Assembly: GCA_951406725.2 (NCBI GenBank)
Contig: OX597816.1
Span: forward strand, 84,072,001-84,136,000
Reading direction: 5' to 3'
DNA: 64,000 bases
Origin: Octopus vulgaris
Taxonomy: Eukaryota
Shown here: positions 12,008 through 25,619 of the stretch, piece after piece
Position numbering within the stretch: position 1 is the stretch's first letter
Layout: every line of letters starts with the position of its first letter
The notes under the pieces: model-generated
Told to the model about the DNA's origin: nothing
What the model saw: only the letters and a program-made list of their open reading frames with translations
The model's database searches: none
Translations under genes and position numbers: made by a program

Positions 12008-12631
12008 TAATATATATACATATATGCATAATATATAAGAACAGTAAGGCCGAATGGTGGCATATTTAGAAAATGTCTATAGCTTCTAGTTTACCAATAC
12101 TATGTGAGTGATATTGATTGGACAATATAGAAGCCATCGGAATGATTCTACCTGCAATTTAAAGGTACATCATGTCATACACAGTCGGTCACGCTGGTTT
12201 TGATTGAAAATTAAGGTAAAGGAACACATATATATGCGTGTGGATTATTCAGGCACGTAGACCCTCATTTTATGAGTAAGTAATTTAGTTAACAGAACAC
12301 CTGAATCTTTATCGTCGAAGCTGATGGAGACCCATCCATGGTATACACACACACACACTTACCCATACACACACAGGCGGACATACATACACCGCATTGT
12401 GCATCTATACATATGTTTCGCCACATGCATAGACACTCTCATGCTCATGTTAATTCACACACGTGCGCATACATAAATAGACATACACTTATGTGTATAT
12501 ATAGGTATATGCGTATGGGTGAATGTAACAATCATGTATGTATTTATATGTGTGTATGCGTCTGTGTGCATGGATATATATATATATATGTATGGGTATA
12601 TATACACATGCATACATACACACACACACAC

Positions 12632-12694
<63 letters not shown>

Positions 12695-13477
12695 GTACGC
12701 ATCTATGTGTCTATGCATGTACAGTCACATGTATATATCAAAAAGAGAAACAGTAGACATAATTTTATTACTATTCTTATTTCAGCTTTTTTCTCATTCT
12801 TCTGAGCAGTTCTCTAACAAGTAAACGGAAATGATCTTATCGTATCGGACAGACAAGTCAGCCATATATAACCCAAATATTTCGTTGCTTGTCCTTATTT
12901 TTGTTTGTTAGGGTTTACTTGTTACACAGCTAATTCTTTTGTACATGTTGTTGAGTTTTATTATTGTTTCATCGTTCCACTCTTAAATGCAGAGAACAAA
13001 ATCGCCTTCAAGTTTGGACGATTCGCATTCTGGGATTACCTATGTTTGTTCTACTTTGTTCTTTTTAAATGCATTGATATGTTGGAAGAAGTGAATTGTT
13101 AAATATGTGCTAGGCCAGCCACTGTGACTATCTGCTTTGTGAATAAACACATATATACATACATGCATACCCACATATATATACTTACATACACATGAAC
13201 TATATAGATACAAACATATTTACCCACACATATACATTAACATACACACATATATATGCATTCACAAATAAGTAGACAAATATATGCATACATACATACA
13301 TACATACATACATACATAAGTGTGTATGTATGTATATATCTTTACACAGACAATATGTATTTCTTATCTAAAGAAAGAGTACTCAGAATATGGTGTAGAG
13401 TATTCATTAATGAATAACCGTGTTGCTAGTCGGAGATTTGCGCTCTTATGATATATATATATATATATACGATCGAT

Positions 13478-13645
13478 CGTCTGTCGGCTACGTTCTGAGT
13501 TCAAATTCCGCCGAGGTCGATTTTACCTTTCATCCTTTCATCCTTTCGGGGTTGATAAATTAAGTACAAGTTGCATACGGGGGTCGATCTAATCGACTGG
13601 CCCCCTCTCCAAAAATTTCGGGCCTTGTACCTAGAGTAAAAAAGA
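13478..13645 (+). mobile_element. 5'-truncated family A SINE
   Basis: cgttctgagttcaaattccgccgaggtcga...gggccttgtacctagagtaaaaaag. Confidence 0.8.
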
Positions 13646-13863
13646 TACATATACGATCGAGCATACTGAATTCAGTGAATTTCAGCAGCAAGATATCTTC
13701 ATACTCTCTGTGATCTTTAATCGGTACATCAAACGTTAAATAAAAGCTTTTTGCATCACATTAGTGCTTTATTGGTGTTTATGTTAAATGCGCATTCATA
13801 CCAAAACCTTTCCTATTGTTGTTTTTCCGAAGTTCATTTCTGTTTCAATACCTATCATCAAAT

Positions 13864-14482
13864 AAGGCGGCGAGCTGGCAGACACGTTAGCACGCCGGGC
13901 GAAATGCTTAGCGGTATTTCGTCTGCCGTTACGTTCTGAGTTCAAAATTTGCTGAGGTCGACTTTGCCTTTCATCCTTTCGGGGTCGATAAATTAAGTAC
14001 CAGTTACGTACTGGGGTCGATGTAATCGACTTAATCCCTTTGTCTATCCTTGTTTGTCCCCCCCCCTGTGTTTAGCCCCTTGTGGGTAGTAAAGAAATAG
14101 GTATTTCGTCTGCCGTTACGTTCTGAGTTCAAATTCTGCTGTGGTCGACTTTGTCTTTCATCCTGTCGGGATCGATAAATTAAGTACCAGTTATGCACTG
14201 GGGTCGATGTAATCGACTTAATCCCTTTGCCTGTCATTGTTTGTCCCCTCTATGTTTAGCCCCTTGTGGGCAATAAAGAAATAAGAGATACGTTAGCACG
14301 CCAAGCAAAATGCATAGATGTATTTTATCTCTCTTTACGTTCTGAGTTCAAGTTCCGCCGAGGTCGACTTCGCCTTTCATCTTTTCGAAGTCGATAAATT
14401 AAGTACCAGTTGCGTACTGGGGTCGATTTAATCGACTAGATCCTTCCCCCACAATATCGGGCTTTGTGCCTAGAGAAGAAAG
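13864..14482 (+). mobile_element. Trimeric/nested family A SINE cluster with a single 17-bp target-site duplication
   Basis: Three SINE bodies in tandem; AATACCTATCATCAAAT at 13847-13863 and 14483-14499. Confidence 0.85.
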
Positions 14483-15761
14483 AATACCTATCATCAAATG
14501 CAAATAAGTTGTGGCCAATCTAATTTCTAATTTTTTGCAGTGTGCATTCAATACTTCATTAAAGAATCTTCTTCCTCTTTCAAGACATCAGACAGTGAAT
14601 TTACAGATAAGTTGCTGCTAATAAAAGTCGATCGAACGACCGCCTCACAGTTGCCGATTCGTAAATCTTTGCACTCGTTATTGTTTTGTTCTTACTTAGT
14701 CCCGATTTAGTGAATGGTTCTTCGTCGGTTTCGAAGATGAATATACAGTTATTCATTCAACAACCATTAATGTAATCCTCTGGTAAAATCCGTCATGTAC
14801 AGTGGGCGACTGGAGTGGACGTGTGAATTACAGTCCACTTGATGTGAGTAAGATCAGTTTCCTTCAGCACAATTTCCATCAAAAGGTTTTGATCAATGCG
14901 AAGAAAAGTCAAGTGCCACATATCCAAGATACGACACACTGAGATCGAATCTGAGATCTTGTGCTCTCGAAGCGAAATTCGTAAACATTCGGCCGTTCTG
15001 TGTCCACCCTGACTGAGCAGACCAGTCCATTATATTTCCAAACATAACATATTTATGACTATATTATGTGTATGTAAGATGCTAGGGCTCCATTTGAGAG
15101 AGATTTGGCTTCTACTTTTTCCAGGCTGTGCAACTACAAAATGGCTGTCTTTCTCCTTGTATAAACAGACATCAATAAATTGTCAAAATAATGATCACGA
15201 TTAACGTAGCTTTTGATCAATCATTATTAGCCTAAATCGAAGTTTATTCTCGGTCCATCAGATATCGACTCTGATTACTTAATCATGTACATAATCTTAT
15301 ATTGCTTAACCTTATGTATACGCCTTTATTATAAGGTATTTACAGAATCGTTAAAGAGTTAAGATTTATTCTGGCTCTTTACGCTATAAATTCAGATCCC
15401 TTCATGATCAATATTTTTTTCCCATTCTTTCGAGGGTTGGTGAAATGTAGTGAAGTCGAATTTTATCGAGCGGACCTCTCTACCATATTTTCGGCCGGTT
15501 TCTTATGACCAAAAAGACAAAAAAAAGCAAAAACAAATAAGCAAACAAACAAAAAGTCCAGTTATCTAATATTGCGTATACTATTTAGGTTTCGGGTAAC
15601 TGGCCTTTATCTGAGAAAGGAAGAGGGAAAATTGCCCGATTCCTTTGATTTTAGTACGCGCGCGCACACACATGTATGTATGTGTGTATATATATAATTT
15701 TATTTGTTAGGGAATAAAAATTCCGGCATAACAGAGGTTCAAATTATTCTCAATTAAGAAA

Positions 15762-16960
15762 TATATACTTTCATTTAGAGATAGTAGGCCCCTTCATCTC
15801 ACCATATAAAAAATAATTTTTATTTTAAATACCTACTGTTTTATAACTTGGCTACACGTGTTTCATGAGGTACATTTCCTGGTTCCTAAACCACTCCGTG
15901 TTTTGCTGGAAACATTCTTAAAATATAACCCCAACCATCAGGCCCCTATATCACTTTTTCATAGTTCAATACTATAAAATATATTTCAATTTTTTAAAAC
16001 CCATAAGTTTGTTTAAAATAGGTTCGCCGGACCATACAGTACAAGCCATAATTTAATTCAAATAAAAAAATTACAAAAATAAAAATAAAATTACAAAAAT
16101 AAAATTACAAAAATAAAATAAAATAAGAAATAAAAATGCGAAAAAATACGAAAATTAAAAATTTACAAAAACTATGTTCTTGCGTAACTTATATCTATAA
16201 ATATAAAATTAGTAATATATAGGGTTAAAGATAAAATATATACTTGTGATAATATAAAATGATATAAAATGAAGGGAATAGCAAGAAAAATAAATACTAA
16301 TAAAAATGGAGGCAAAGACGAATAAAGATTTTCGAATAAAAGCTATAGTACTAATTACGAACTGCAAAATTTACAAATGATATGAATGATAACTTTTAAA
16401 AATTTACAAATGATACGAATGATAACTTTTAAAAATCTACAAAATGAAATAAAATAAAAATAACTTGATGGTAACATAAAGGAAAATATACAAGTCACCG
16501 ATGGCTCCATTATCCTACAACGTCTTAATTATGGCTTGACATTGCAAAGTCCAGCGAAGTATTCCCTCACTTCCTTCCTGCTTCTTTTAAACTATTATTT
16601 AATCAACATATTACCTAAATAGTAAACATGGTCCACGAACCTACAAAAATGCATCATGGGAACATTACTTTTTTTTATTTCGTATTATTCCGTATTATTA
16701 AAGGGTATAAAGTATATAGATAGGTTAAAGGGGAGAGATTCAAACTTAAAAGAAAATCATATAAGAGACAATACTTTAAATAATATAGAAGGTATATATT
16801 TTAAGAATGGTTCCAGCAAAACACGGAGTGGTTTAGGAACCAGGAAATGTACCTCAAGAAACACGTATAGCCAAGTTATAAAACAGTAGGTATTTAAAAT
16901 AAAAATTCTTTTTTATATGGTGAGATGACGGGGCCTACTATCTCTAAATGAAAGTATATA
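15762..16960. repeat. About 165-bp inverted repeats around an A-rich spacer; HHR-bearing PLE-type termini
   Basis: 15762-15927 is nearly the exact reverse complement of 16795-16960; the right copy runs into (TA)n. Confidence 0.9.
15850..15944 (-). ncRNA. Type I hammerhead ribozyme motif (A9G) with large stem II loop
   Basis: Minus strand GGC-CTGATGG-TTGGGGT...ACCTCAT-GAAA-CACGTG-TA-GCC; stem I GGC/GCC, palindromic ACACGTGT, GUA triplet. Confidence 0.55.
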
Positions 16961-17084
16961 TATATATATATATGTAGATAGATAGATACAAAAAAGAAAA
17001 GAAAGATAGATGGAGGGTATATATATATATATATATTGTATATATGTATATATATATATGTACATATATATATTGTGCTTGTGG

Positions 17085-17124
<40 letters not shown>

Positions 17125-17508
17125 CAGGTACGTGCCGTCAGTAACTATTCAGAGTAGGCAGTTGGTGATCTTTACGTAGTAAAACACAAAAAATAAGCGA
17201 AACACAGACGCACCACTGAGTTGAGGGCAGATTTACTTCTGCCTTTATAGCAGGTAAATTGTAGGAGTGCTGTAGTAATGTACGCAACACGTGTACTATA
17301 GCACCACTATGCGTAGCTTAAATACTGAGATTGAAAAGCTGGGACGAATTATGCCTACCTAATCTACAAAAAAATAAGATATTTTACATTTTATGCATAG
17401 TAATCAGAGTAAACTTCATAATTTTGTTGAATTAGGTGCATATTAGGTGCATACCTTTAATTCAAGGTAGGAAGAGCGTACCTTTCCTACATACGCGGCA
17501 CGTTCCTG
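17125..17508. mobile_element. MITE with short TIRs inside (TA)n
   Basis: caggtacgtgccg at the left end, cggcacgttcctg at the right end. Confidence 0.55.
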
Positions 17509-17510
17509 GT

Positions 17511-17567
<57 letters not shown>

Positions 17568-17739
17568 GATAGAGAGAGAAAGAGAGATAGTAGATAGACA
17601 GATAGTAAGAAAAATGGAAACGCATACAAGCGCAGACACACGCAAGCATGCGCGCGCGCAAGCATACACACATGTGTGCATATGTGTGTGTGTGCGCGCG
17701 CGTGCCTTCATTAAGGCTCGATGTGTTTAAATGATTAAA

Positions 17740-19110
17740 AGAAATGCTTCGTAGTGGCCTTGCATCCCACTACGTAGCATAGCTTCGAGTATATGAATCT
17801 TTTGTCGTGGAAAATGGAGTAAAGCAAGAAGACCTTGAATGGCCCATCCTCTTTGCAATATACTTTGCTGCTGTGCTTTCACATGCTTTCCAAAACTCTG
17901 AGAGGGGGGTATTTACATAAAATATCGAACAACAGGGAATGTTTTTAATCTGACCAGACTGGAAGTCCAAACAAATGTTTTTACTTCACTCATTAGGGAA
18001 CTTTTATACGCAGACGATTGTGATCTTGTCAGTCATTATGAAACAGTTCTGCAATCTTTTGTATCTGCATTTGACTCAGCTTGTGATGATTTTGGCTTGA
18101 CCATCAACTTGAAGAACAAAAATACAGTTGTAATGCATCAACCTGCGTGTGATGCTGTTTGTAACCCCTCCAAAAGTTTTTGTTACGGGTAAGTTACTTG
18201 AGGGTGTTGATTCGTTCAACTACCTTGGAAGTTCTGTACAAAATGATAGAAATCTTGATACAGATATACAGCTGTGAATTCAAAGGGCAGCAAAACCATT
18301 TGGTGGATTGGAGTTACGCGTTTGATGTCAGTGACATATAAATAAGAATACAAAGCTGGCTCTTTATAAATCATATGTCCCACCATCCCTGTTGTATTCT
18401 TGTGAAACGTGAACTTATGAAAGGCATTTTAAATTGTTAGAACAATTGCAAGAAAAAAGCCTTCATTGCATTTTAAACATTAAATGGCGTTCTTTTACTC
18501 CAAACACAGATGTCCTTGCATCTGCAGGCATCACCTCAAGTAAAGCTATGATTTTGAGGGACCAGATGAGATGGTGTGGTCATATTGTTCGAATGGTGGA
18601 TGAACGCAAGCCAAAACAGTTGTTTTATGGTGAGCTTGCAAGGGAGAAACGCTATCGGCGTAAATCTAAATAAAAGTTCAAGGACGGCATAAGGACTTCT
18701 ATAAAGTCATTTGGAATGGATTCAGAAGACATAGAGACCCTTTCTTCGGATCGAGCTGGATGGCGAACAAAAGTGTGGAGTGTACTGAAAGCGTTTGAAG
18801 AGGTCAGGATTACGCATGTAAATTGCGAACCCATGGAAAACGAAACTCCACCAACTATTCTACCTATATGTCTGTGCTCACCTTTGAATGCAGTGTATGC
18901 TAGAAGGTTGGCAAATCTAACAGTGGCCTCAAAAGACATTTCAAGAACTTACTTGGAGCTCTTGCTGGTCCAAATCTGATGTGCAATCTATGTGAGTGTC
19001 TTTTCAGACCATTGTCTAGTTTAAAAAGCCACATCAGATGCCATGATAGTTCTAAGGTGTAAGTACAGGACATGGTCAAATTCTGCCTAAGGAGAAGACA
19101 ACCACCATAT
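17740..19110 (+). mobile_element. RTE-clade LINE, 3' part (degenerate RT, C-terminal zinc fingers, 3' tail)
   Basis: Translations NGVKQ, LIRELLYADDCDLV, FNYLGS, LLYSCET, QMRWCGHIVRMVDERKPKQLFYGEL, DRAGWR, then C2H2-like motifs; multiple stops and frameshifts. Confidence 0.9.
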
Positions 19111-19127
19111 ATTTATATGTATGTGTA

Positions 19128-19158
<31 letters not shown>

Positions 19159-19221
19159 TGTATGTATGTATGTATGTATGTATGTATGTATGTATGTATG
19201 TATGTATGTATGTATGTATGT

Positions 19222-19485
19222 ATACGTGCAAGTTTGTATGCTTTGTTTCATGTATGGCTTCTCATGTGTATAATTGCATATCTAGACATGCTCATATATA
19301 CTTAAATGATAAATTTCTGGAAAGTTACACAGATTTTTACAGTTCCAGTGATAGCTTCTACCTGTAGTCTTCGAATCAGCTTTCTCCCTTCTGGTTTAGA
19401 GAAGCCTAATTTCTCAAGAATAGTATTTAGGCAATGTGTTACGTATCCCAGCGCCCCAATAATTACAGGTATAAACCTAAATTTT
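19222..19485 (-). mobile_element. 3' end of an RLE-type non-LTR retrotransposon (R4/Dong-like)
   Basis: FIPVIIGALGYVTHCLNTILEKLG...IRRLQVEAITGTVKICVTF matches the PxxIGALG C-terminus of restriction-like-endonuclease LINEs; abuts (CATA)n. Confidence 0.65.
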
Positions 19486-19682
19486 ATATATGTATGTGTA
19501 TATATATACGCACACACATACACATATACTTATATACATACACACACATATATATGTGTGTGTGTATAGGTGTATGTTCATGTTTCTGTATGTCTCTGTG
19601 TATGCGTATATGTTTATGTGTTTAGGTGTACACGCATGTACGCTTGTTTCCATGTGATTGTACACGCATGTAAATGTCTGTG

Positions 19683-19721
<39 letters not shown>

Positions 19722-20345
19722 AGCTTGTGTATATGTATGTAATACTGAATAAGTTCTAAACAATAAAAGGAACAAGATCACCACCACCACTACCACAACC
19801 AAGAATAACAGCAACAACAACTACAACAAGAACAAAATTAATCACAAGAACAGATTATTGAGAAAATGGTTGGCAAAATAAAGAAATGAGTTAAAATCAA
19901 CACATTTCCTTGTGTGAAATTTCTATCAACTTAAAATAGATAAGAGTGAAAGAGAGACACATATTTAAGGGAAGAGGAAAAAGAGAGAGAGATAAGTTTA
20001 GGACATAGGAAAAGATCGGAATACACATACATACACAGACATATATACACATACACATACACACACATACACTCGTCGTTGTTGTTTGACTCTAAGACAC
20101 AAGCCATGCTGCCGTGCTGTGTGTTTGAGTCAAAATGTAAACACGTTCACGTTTTGACATATTCATGGCCGAATCTATGTGTCCTATGCGGTAGGTTCGA
20201 CTTTTTTTTCTCCTTAATCGGTAAGGTTGTGTGCCTTCCAAGGGTCTGCGCCCTGTTTTTTGTTTCTGTTTATTTAACTTTTTTCATCTTTGTCACTCTT
20301 TACTATCCTTCTCCCTTCTCTCTCCCTCTTCCCCCTCTTTCTCTG

Positions 20346-20393
<48 letters not shown>

Positions 20394-21854
20394 CATATAT
20401 GTATGTATCCCAATTTCTTTCTCTTTTATATGTGATGGCATGTACCATTTAAAAAAGAAATGACGGATATTTGTTGCTATTAAAATTCCTAAAAGTTTGT
20501 ATTTTCCATATGTCACTAAATCAAAGAGTTGATATAAAAATAAAACAAAAACAGATAAAAATAAAGGTAGAAAGACTTGTTTTGTTTTATCGAAGATATT
20601 TGACATTGTAAAGAAGTAAAAAAAAACAACGAACAAAATTAAAAGAAAGAAAACCAAATGAAAAGAAGAAATCCTTTAAAATATTCTGGAACCTATAACA
20701 AATATTGTTTTTTATTTTATTTTTTATTTTCTTGCTAGTCATAAATATCTTAGAAATATATAAAGTATAAGCGTATGAGAATAGATAGAAAAATGTGTTA
20801 TTTCTCTTATGTACTTGTGTCTAAAGTACCATTAGATGACCTCTGAAAGGTCAGCAGAATCGATTATAATGTACTACACCTTATTGATATTTTTGAGGAA
20901 ATGCTCAATTATATCGATCCAATTATATCGATATTTGTTAAATCAGAATTATGAAAGCAAGAACTCTTGGACACAGAACGTAATGAATTATAATTAATTA
21001 CGGCAAGACATTGAAATCATTTGTTTCTCTCTCAGACGACGAGATGTTAAAAGTCCATCAATGTATCAAGTGAATTGAGGCAGGTTAAGTGCTCATCAAA
21101 CAATGTTGCTCCTATGCCATATCTTAAGGTAGGGAACATTTCCAAAAATATATAGGAGAAAATATTTTGAAGCACAAATATCAATATTTTAGTCATGGTT
21201 AATTTAACCACATATGAGTAGGATCACCGACCTACCGATTGAGGAAACATTCAGTTGTATCGCTCCTAGTATTTGTCTGTTATTTCTTAAATCAGGAAGA
21301 TGAAAACAAGGTCGACCTTAGTAGAATTTGCCGAACTCAGAAGATAATGGTCTACAAGTAATTACTGACTGAAGAGGACAAAAAAGAAAATATCTGCTGG
21401 TATTTAGTCACGTCCACCACGTCCGAGTTCAATACCATCTGTTTCGACTTTGTTTCCATACTTCCTGTCAGATAATGAGTTAATGCATTCATCTAAATGA
21501 CCCATCTCTGAGATAGTAGTTTCCAAACGGTACACCGCAGATTTCAAAAGCATAATTGAAAGCTTTGTAAAATTTATATTATTGCGCTGAGCAGCTTGAC
21601 AAACGTGTTATTAATAATCTTGTCACACAATGTATGATAAATAAAGCAAGTTAATAACCTGCTAAATGTTTTTAAACTTTAAACTATAGTTTATTTCTAA
21701 CTTTCCATACGAAGTGCACTTGTAATTTTAAAATTTTCATGCGAAATGCACAATTTCTTTTTTTTTTTCCAGAGCAATCTGATATGAAAAAAATATTGAT
21801 AGTCGTTGATTGAATCAATCTCAACTATTTTGATTCCATGATGTCAAAAAAGTG

Positions 21855-22155
21855 GAGGCACATGGTCTAGTGGTTAGAGCAGCGGACTCTCAGTCGAGGG
21901 ATCGCGGGTTCGAATCTCAGACCGGGTGATGTGTGTGTTTATGAACGAAACACCTAAGCTCCACGCGGCTCCGGAAGAATGTAATGGAGAACTTCTGCTG
22001 ACTCTTTCGCCACAACTTTCTCTCACATTTTTTCCTCCTGCATCTTGCAGCTCTCCTGCGACGGCCCGGCGTCCCGTCCAGGTGGGGAACCTATACGCCG
22101 AGGAAACCGGGAAACCAGCCCTTATGAGCCAGGTATGGCTCGAGAAGGAACAAAT
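21855..22155 (+). mobile_element. tRNA-derived SINE, family C
   Basis: A box TGGTCTAGTGG, B box GGTTCGAATC, 3' part ctgcgacggcccggcgtcccgtccagg...gaaaccggg; relative at 34656-34880. Confidence 0.8.
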
Positions 22156-22239
22156 GATGTAAAAAAAAGTGTGATACGTAGTCGTCTGTTTATCCTTGAA
22201 ATTACTATTGTTGTGCCGCCGGTCTATAATGTCTGACAT

Positions 22240-22530
22240 GCGCACAAAGTAACGAAACCATTCTCAACGGACTAATGCAATGTCTAAGCATTGCTGACTT
22301 GTGGAGTTATGTCCAACAACAGTCTTATCGTGTAGGATGAACCCGGCTCTAGGCCGAGTCTATGGCACAGAAATGCCTTATCGCCTGCCTTTAGCAAACA
22401 AGGTGGGTCAGTCAGCGTTCCTAAAGGCGAGATTGTGTGGTGCAGGAAAGAGAAAGGGCTGAAGTCAGACACTTTCCTCCTTTCCTCCGTTTCTTAAATT
22501 CCGTTTGAAAAGGAGATCAAGTCAGTGAAA
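22240..22530 (+). mobile_element. Older fragment of the same Tx1/L1-type LINE as 5120-5995
   Basis: NETILNGLMQCLSIADLWSYVQQ parallels VLHALVQCPTISDLWAYVEQ; gacactttcctc and ttgaaaaggag match 5340-5400. Confidence 0.6.
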
Positions 22531-23369
22531 AAAGAAAAAGAAAAGAAAAGTAAGAAATATCTGTCAGCAATGTGTCACACAAAGGTTATATATATCCTTG
22601 ATGAGATATTTGTCCATGAGTGGGTAATAAGGAGAGTGACATACCAATACATCGGGAAGATGGGGTGCTTTCTGAATGCTTTTAAGCGATGAGCTGCAGA
22701 ATCACGTGCACATCTCCAAGTGCTCCATCAACCCCACTCTATTGTTACGTCATTGCTACTACCAACGCTATTACTATGACCTTCCTCACCACCACAACCG
22801 CTGCCACCATTCATTACCACCACCACCACCATCCATCCCCACCACCGCCATCAATCATCACAACTAATACAAATAAAACCCTGCTAATACTAGTAATATC
22901 CGGCTAATACAAAAGCCATCATCACTACCACCTCCAACATCACCCCCACAACCACCACCACAACCACAATCAATAGCACTATGATAAACTTCGAGCCAGC
23001 TCCACTCCTCGTAACATTTTCTATACTGCTATTCATTAATTACAATCTTACCACCAGCGTTGCTACTCCCCCCACCACCATCGTCACTGCTATCAGAACA
23101 ACCACTGCCACACCTCTCATTAAATGTGCATACATACTCCCCACCAGTCATTAAAAGCCCCCACATCAACATCTCATCTATACTAACACCCATTACGTCA
23201 TCACCCGCAAATCACAACCACACCTTACAACTATCCACACAACCTCCATCACATATTCAACCTTACCCCCCCTTTACAACTAGTATCTCAGCAACTGTAT
23301 ACTATGACACTTATAACTTTCAGGCTATGTGGTAAGTAGCTTGCTTACCAACCACATGGTTCAGGATTA

Positions 23370-23420
<51 letters not shown>

Positions 23421-23421
<1 letters not shown>

Positions 23422-23582
23422 ACGATGGGCTTCTTTCAGTTTTCGTTTACCAAATCCACTCACAAGGCTTTGGTCGACCCGAGGCTATAGCAGAAGACAT
23501 TTGCCCAAGGTGCCACGCAGCGGGACTGAAGCCAAAACCATGTGGTTGGCAAGCAAGCTTCTTACCACACACCCACTCCTGT
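23421..23582 (-). mobile_element. Family B SINE, 5' half
   Basis: tacgatgggcttctttcagtttt...cttaccacacacccactcctg. Confidence 0.8.
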
Positions 23583-23707
23583 ACCTATATATATATATAT
23601 ATACTTGTATATGATGTGTTGTGAATTTATGGAAAGAAATCCCATAAAAACAATTTTTGTTACAAATGGAAAAGAGATGTTAAAATATATAAGATAATTT
23701 TAATTCA

Positions 23708-23815
23708 TGCAGACGATCGTTTCGTACAGAGGTATAAAAATCATGCAAATTCATGGATGAGTTGAATTGATTAAATTAATTAAGTTAATTACATATCACT
23801 GTGCTCTTTAGTGCA
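23708..23815 (-). ncRNA. Type I hammerhead motif, probably inactivated (G5A)
   Basis: Minus strand TGCA-CTAAAGA-GCACAG...CTGTAC-GAAA-CGATCG-TC-TGCA; stem I TGCA/TGCA, palindromic ACGATCGT, GUC triplet. Confidence 0.6.
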
Positions 23816-25126
23816 AGAAGTATAAACAAAATTTTTACAAAGGACTTGAGAAAGGAAATAGCAGAATAGGATCTAGGAGATTCATATTTATCCTTATGAG
23901 AAAGAAAGATATGTGAGGCCAGTTAATAGTTAATACCTAACTGGACTCACGTATGACCTACTGCAGCCAATGCGATTCTGCCCATTACGATACCGTCTGT
24001 TTATCATGCGGAATGCGTACAGCATTCTTTAAAGGCTATCACTTTGCTAAAGTAATGAAGTAACTCACCTGATAGTTCAACCAGCTACTTTGAAAATATG
24101 ATATGAAAAATATGAGAGGGATGGAAAGGACAGAAATAGAGAGATGGCTTGGGAGAACGAACAGAAGAAAAAGAGAGAGACCGAGAGAGAGAAAGAGAGA
24201 GATACCGAGAAAGAGAGAAAGAGACTGAGAGAAAGAGAGAGAAAGAAAGAGAGAGCGTGTGTGTATGGGTATGTATATGTGTGAAAGAGAGAGAGAGAGA
24301 GAGAGAGGGGAAGAAAAAGAAAAGGGAGAGCAAGGAGGAGAGAGAATTTTGACATTTCTTTTTAGTAAGCAGTTGACATATTATCAGTCGACACATTTCA
24401 AATAGCAGCCAAAATCTTTCATAAATCATATATTCGCGTCCCAGATAAAAAGTCTTATGAACAATAAGTTTCTAATACACCAAGCAGAATTATCACAATT
24501 GAAATGCATTTTATCAAAATGTTGTTCAACTACATCTGATCTAAATTTACTGCGAACAAACATGGAAATATCCCCGAATGAACTTGCGGGCTTCTAGATA
24601 ATTTTTTACCGATGAACCTTTTTGACTCTTATTTTACTTGGATGGACCCCATAGCCGTTTGCTGTTTAAAAACTCATTTTATATTTTTTATATTTTTATA
24701 ATTAGATATATTTAGGAGTTGTATTAAAAAAATTAAGATATTTTGTTTATAGGCGCAGGAGCTGCTGTGTGGAAAGTAGCTTGTTTACCAACCACATGGT
24801 CCTGGGTTTAGTCCCACTGCGTGACACCTTGGGCAAGTGTCTTCTACTATAGCCTATTTTTTGCACACAAACTTTGGCAACAAAATCTTACATGGACTCC
24901 GGGCGCGAACCACTGTTACAGATATTACAACTAAATTTTCATCAAACCACCCACTTCTGTATAAAATTAGGAAAGAATACATTGGAAAAAGTAGACCCAT
25001 CTATACCAACTGACGAGACAATACATATGTGTGTTAGTAACTATTTGGGTGGTTGCTTGTATGACGCTAGTTCTTGAAAGGCCAGATGACCACACGCACA
25101 CAGACGCATATACATACATACATACA

Positions 25127-25515
25127 TGATGATGTTGACTTTCTGTTCGTGACCGAAGAAAACCACCACTGACTTTTAGGAACATTTTGCGCTCAAGACT
25201 ACCTTATACTTTACACTTGTGGCTCCGTTGGTGACCAACGAGCCCTGCTCTTGACACACCCATACGACTGCAACCACTGCAGACCAAGCTTTCACCATTC
25301 ATTATACTAGCAGTGCGTTTTCGAGCAGCACGCTTAAATTCTTCATGAAGAATACGTGCTCTTTCAAAGGTATCGACTCCCTCCTTTACCTGTTTCCTGC
25401 AACCGTGGCGATGACAAGCATTACTCTCCCAGTCAGCCTTCCGCATTTCAGAGGCCTCTATCTAATGAGGACTTTACACAGTCCTTAAATCGCAGTCTTG
25501 GCTTCTGCTGGGATC
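25127..25515 (-). mobile_element. RTE-clade LINE 3' end
   Basis: KPRLRFKDCVK...WESNACHRHGCRKQVKEGVDTFE...CSGCSR...AGLVGHQRSH zinc finger, then a short (CAT)n-like tail. Confidence 0.8.
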
Positions 25516-25554
25516 CTTCTATCATTCATTCTAACAAAAATACACACATACATG

Positions 25555-25619
<65 letters not shown>

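Noticed and set aside
14525-14620. Possible host exon after ttttttgcag
   Set aside because: No matching GT donor at the expected place and no recognisable peptide in any frame.
21855-21930. tRNA gene
   Set aside because: A and B boxes continue into a SINE body and tail with a second copy at 34656; no proper cloverleaf.
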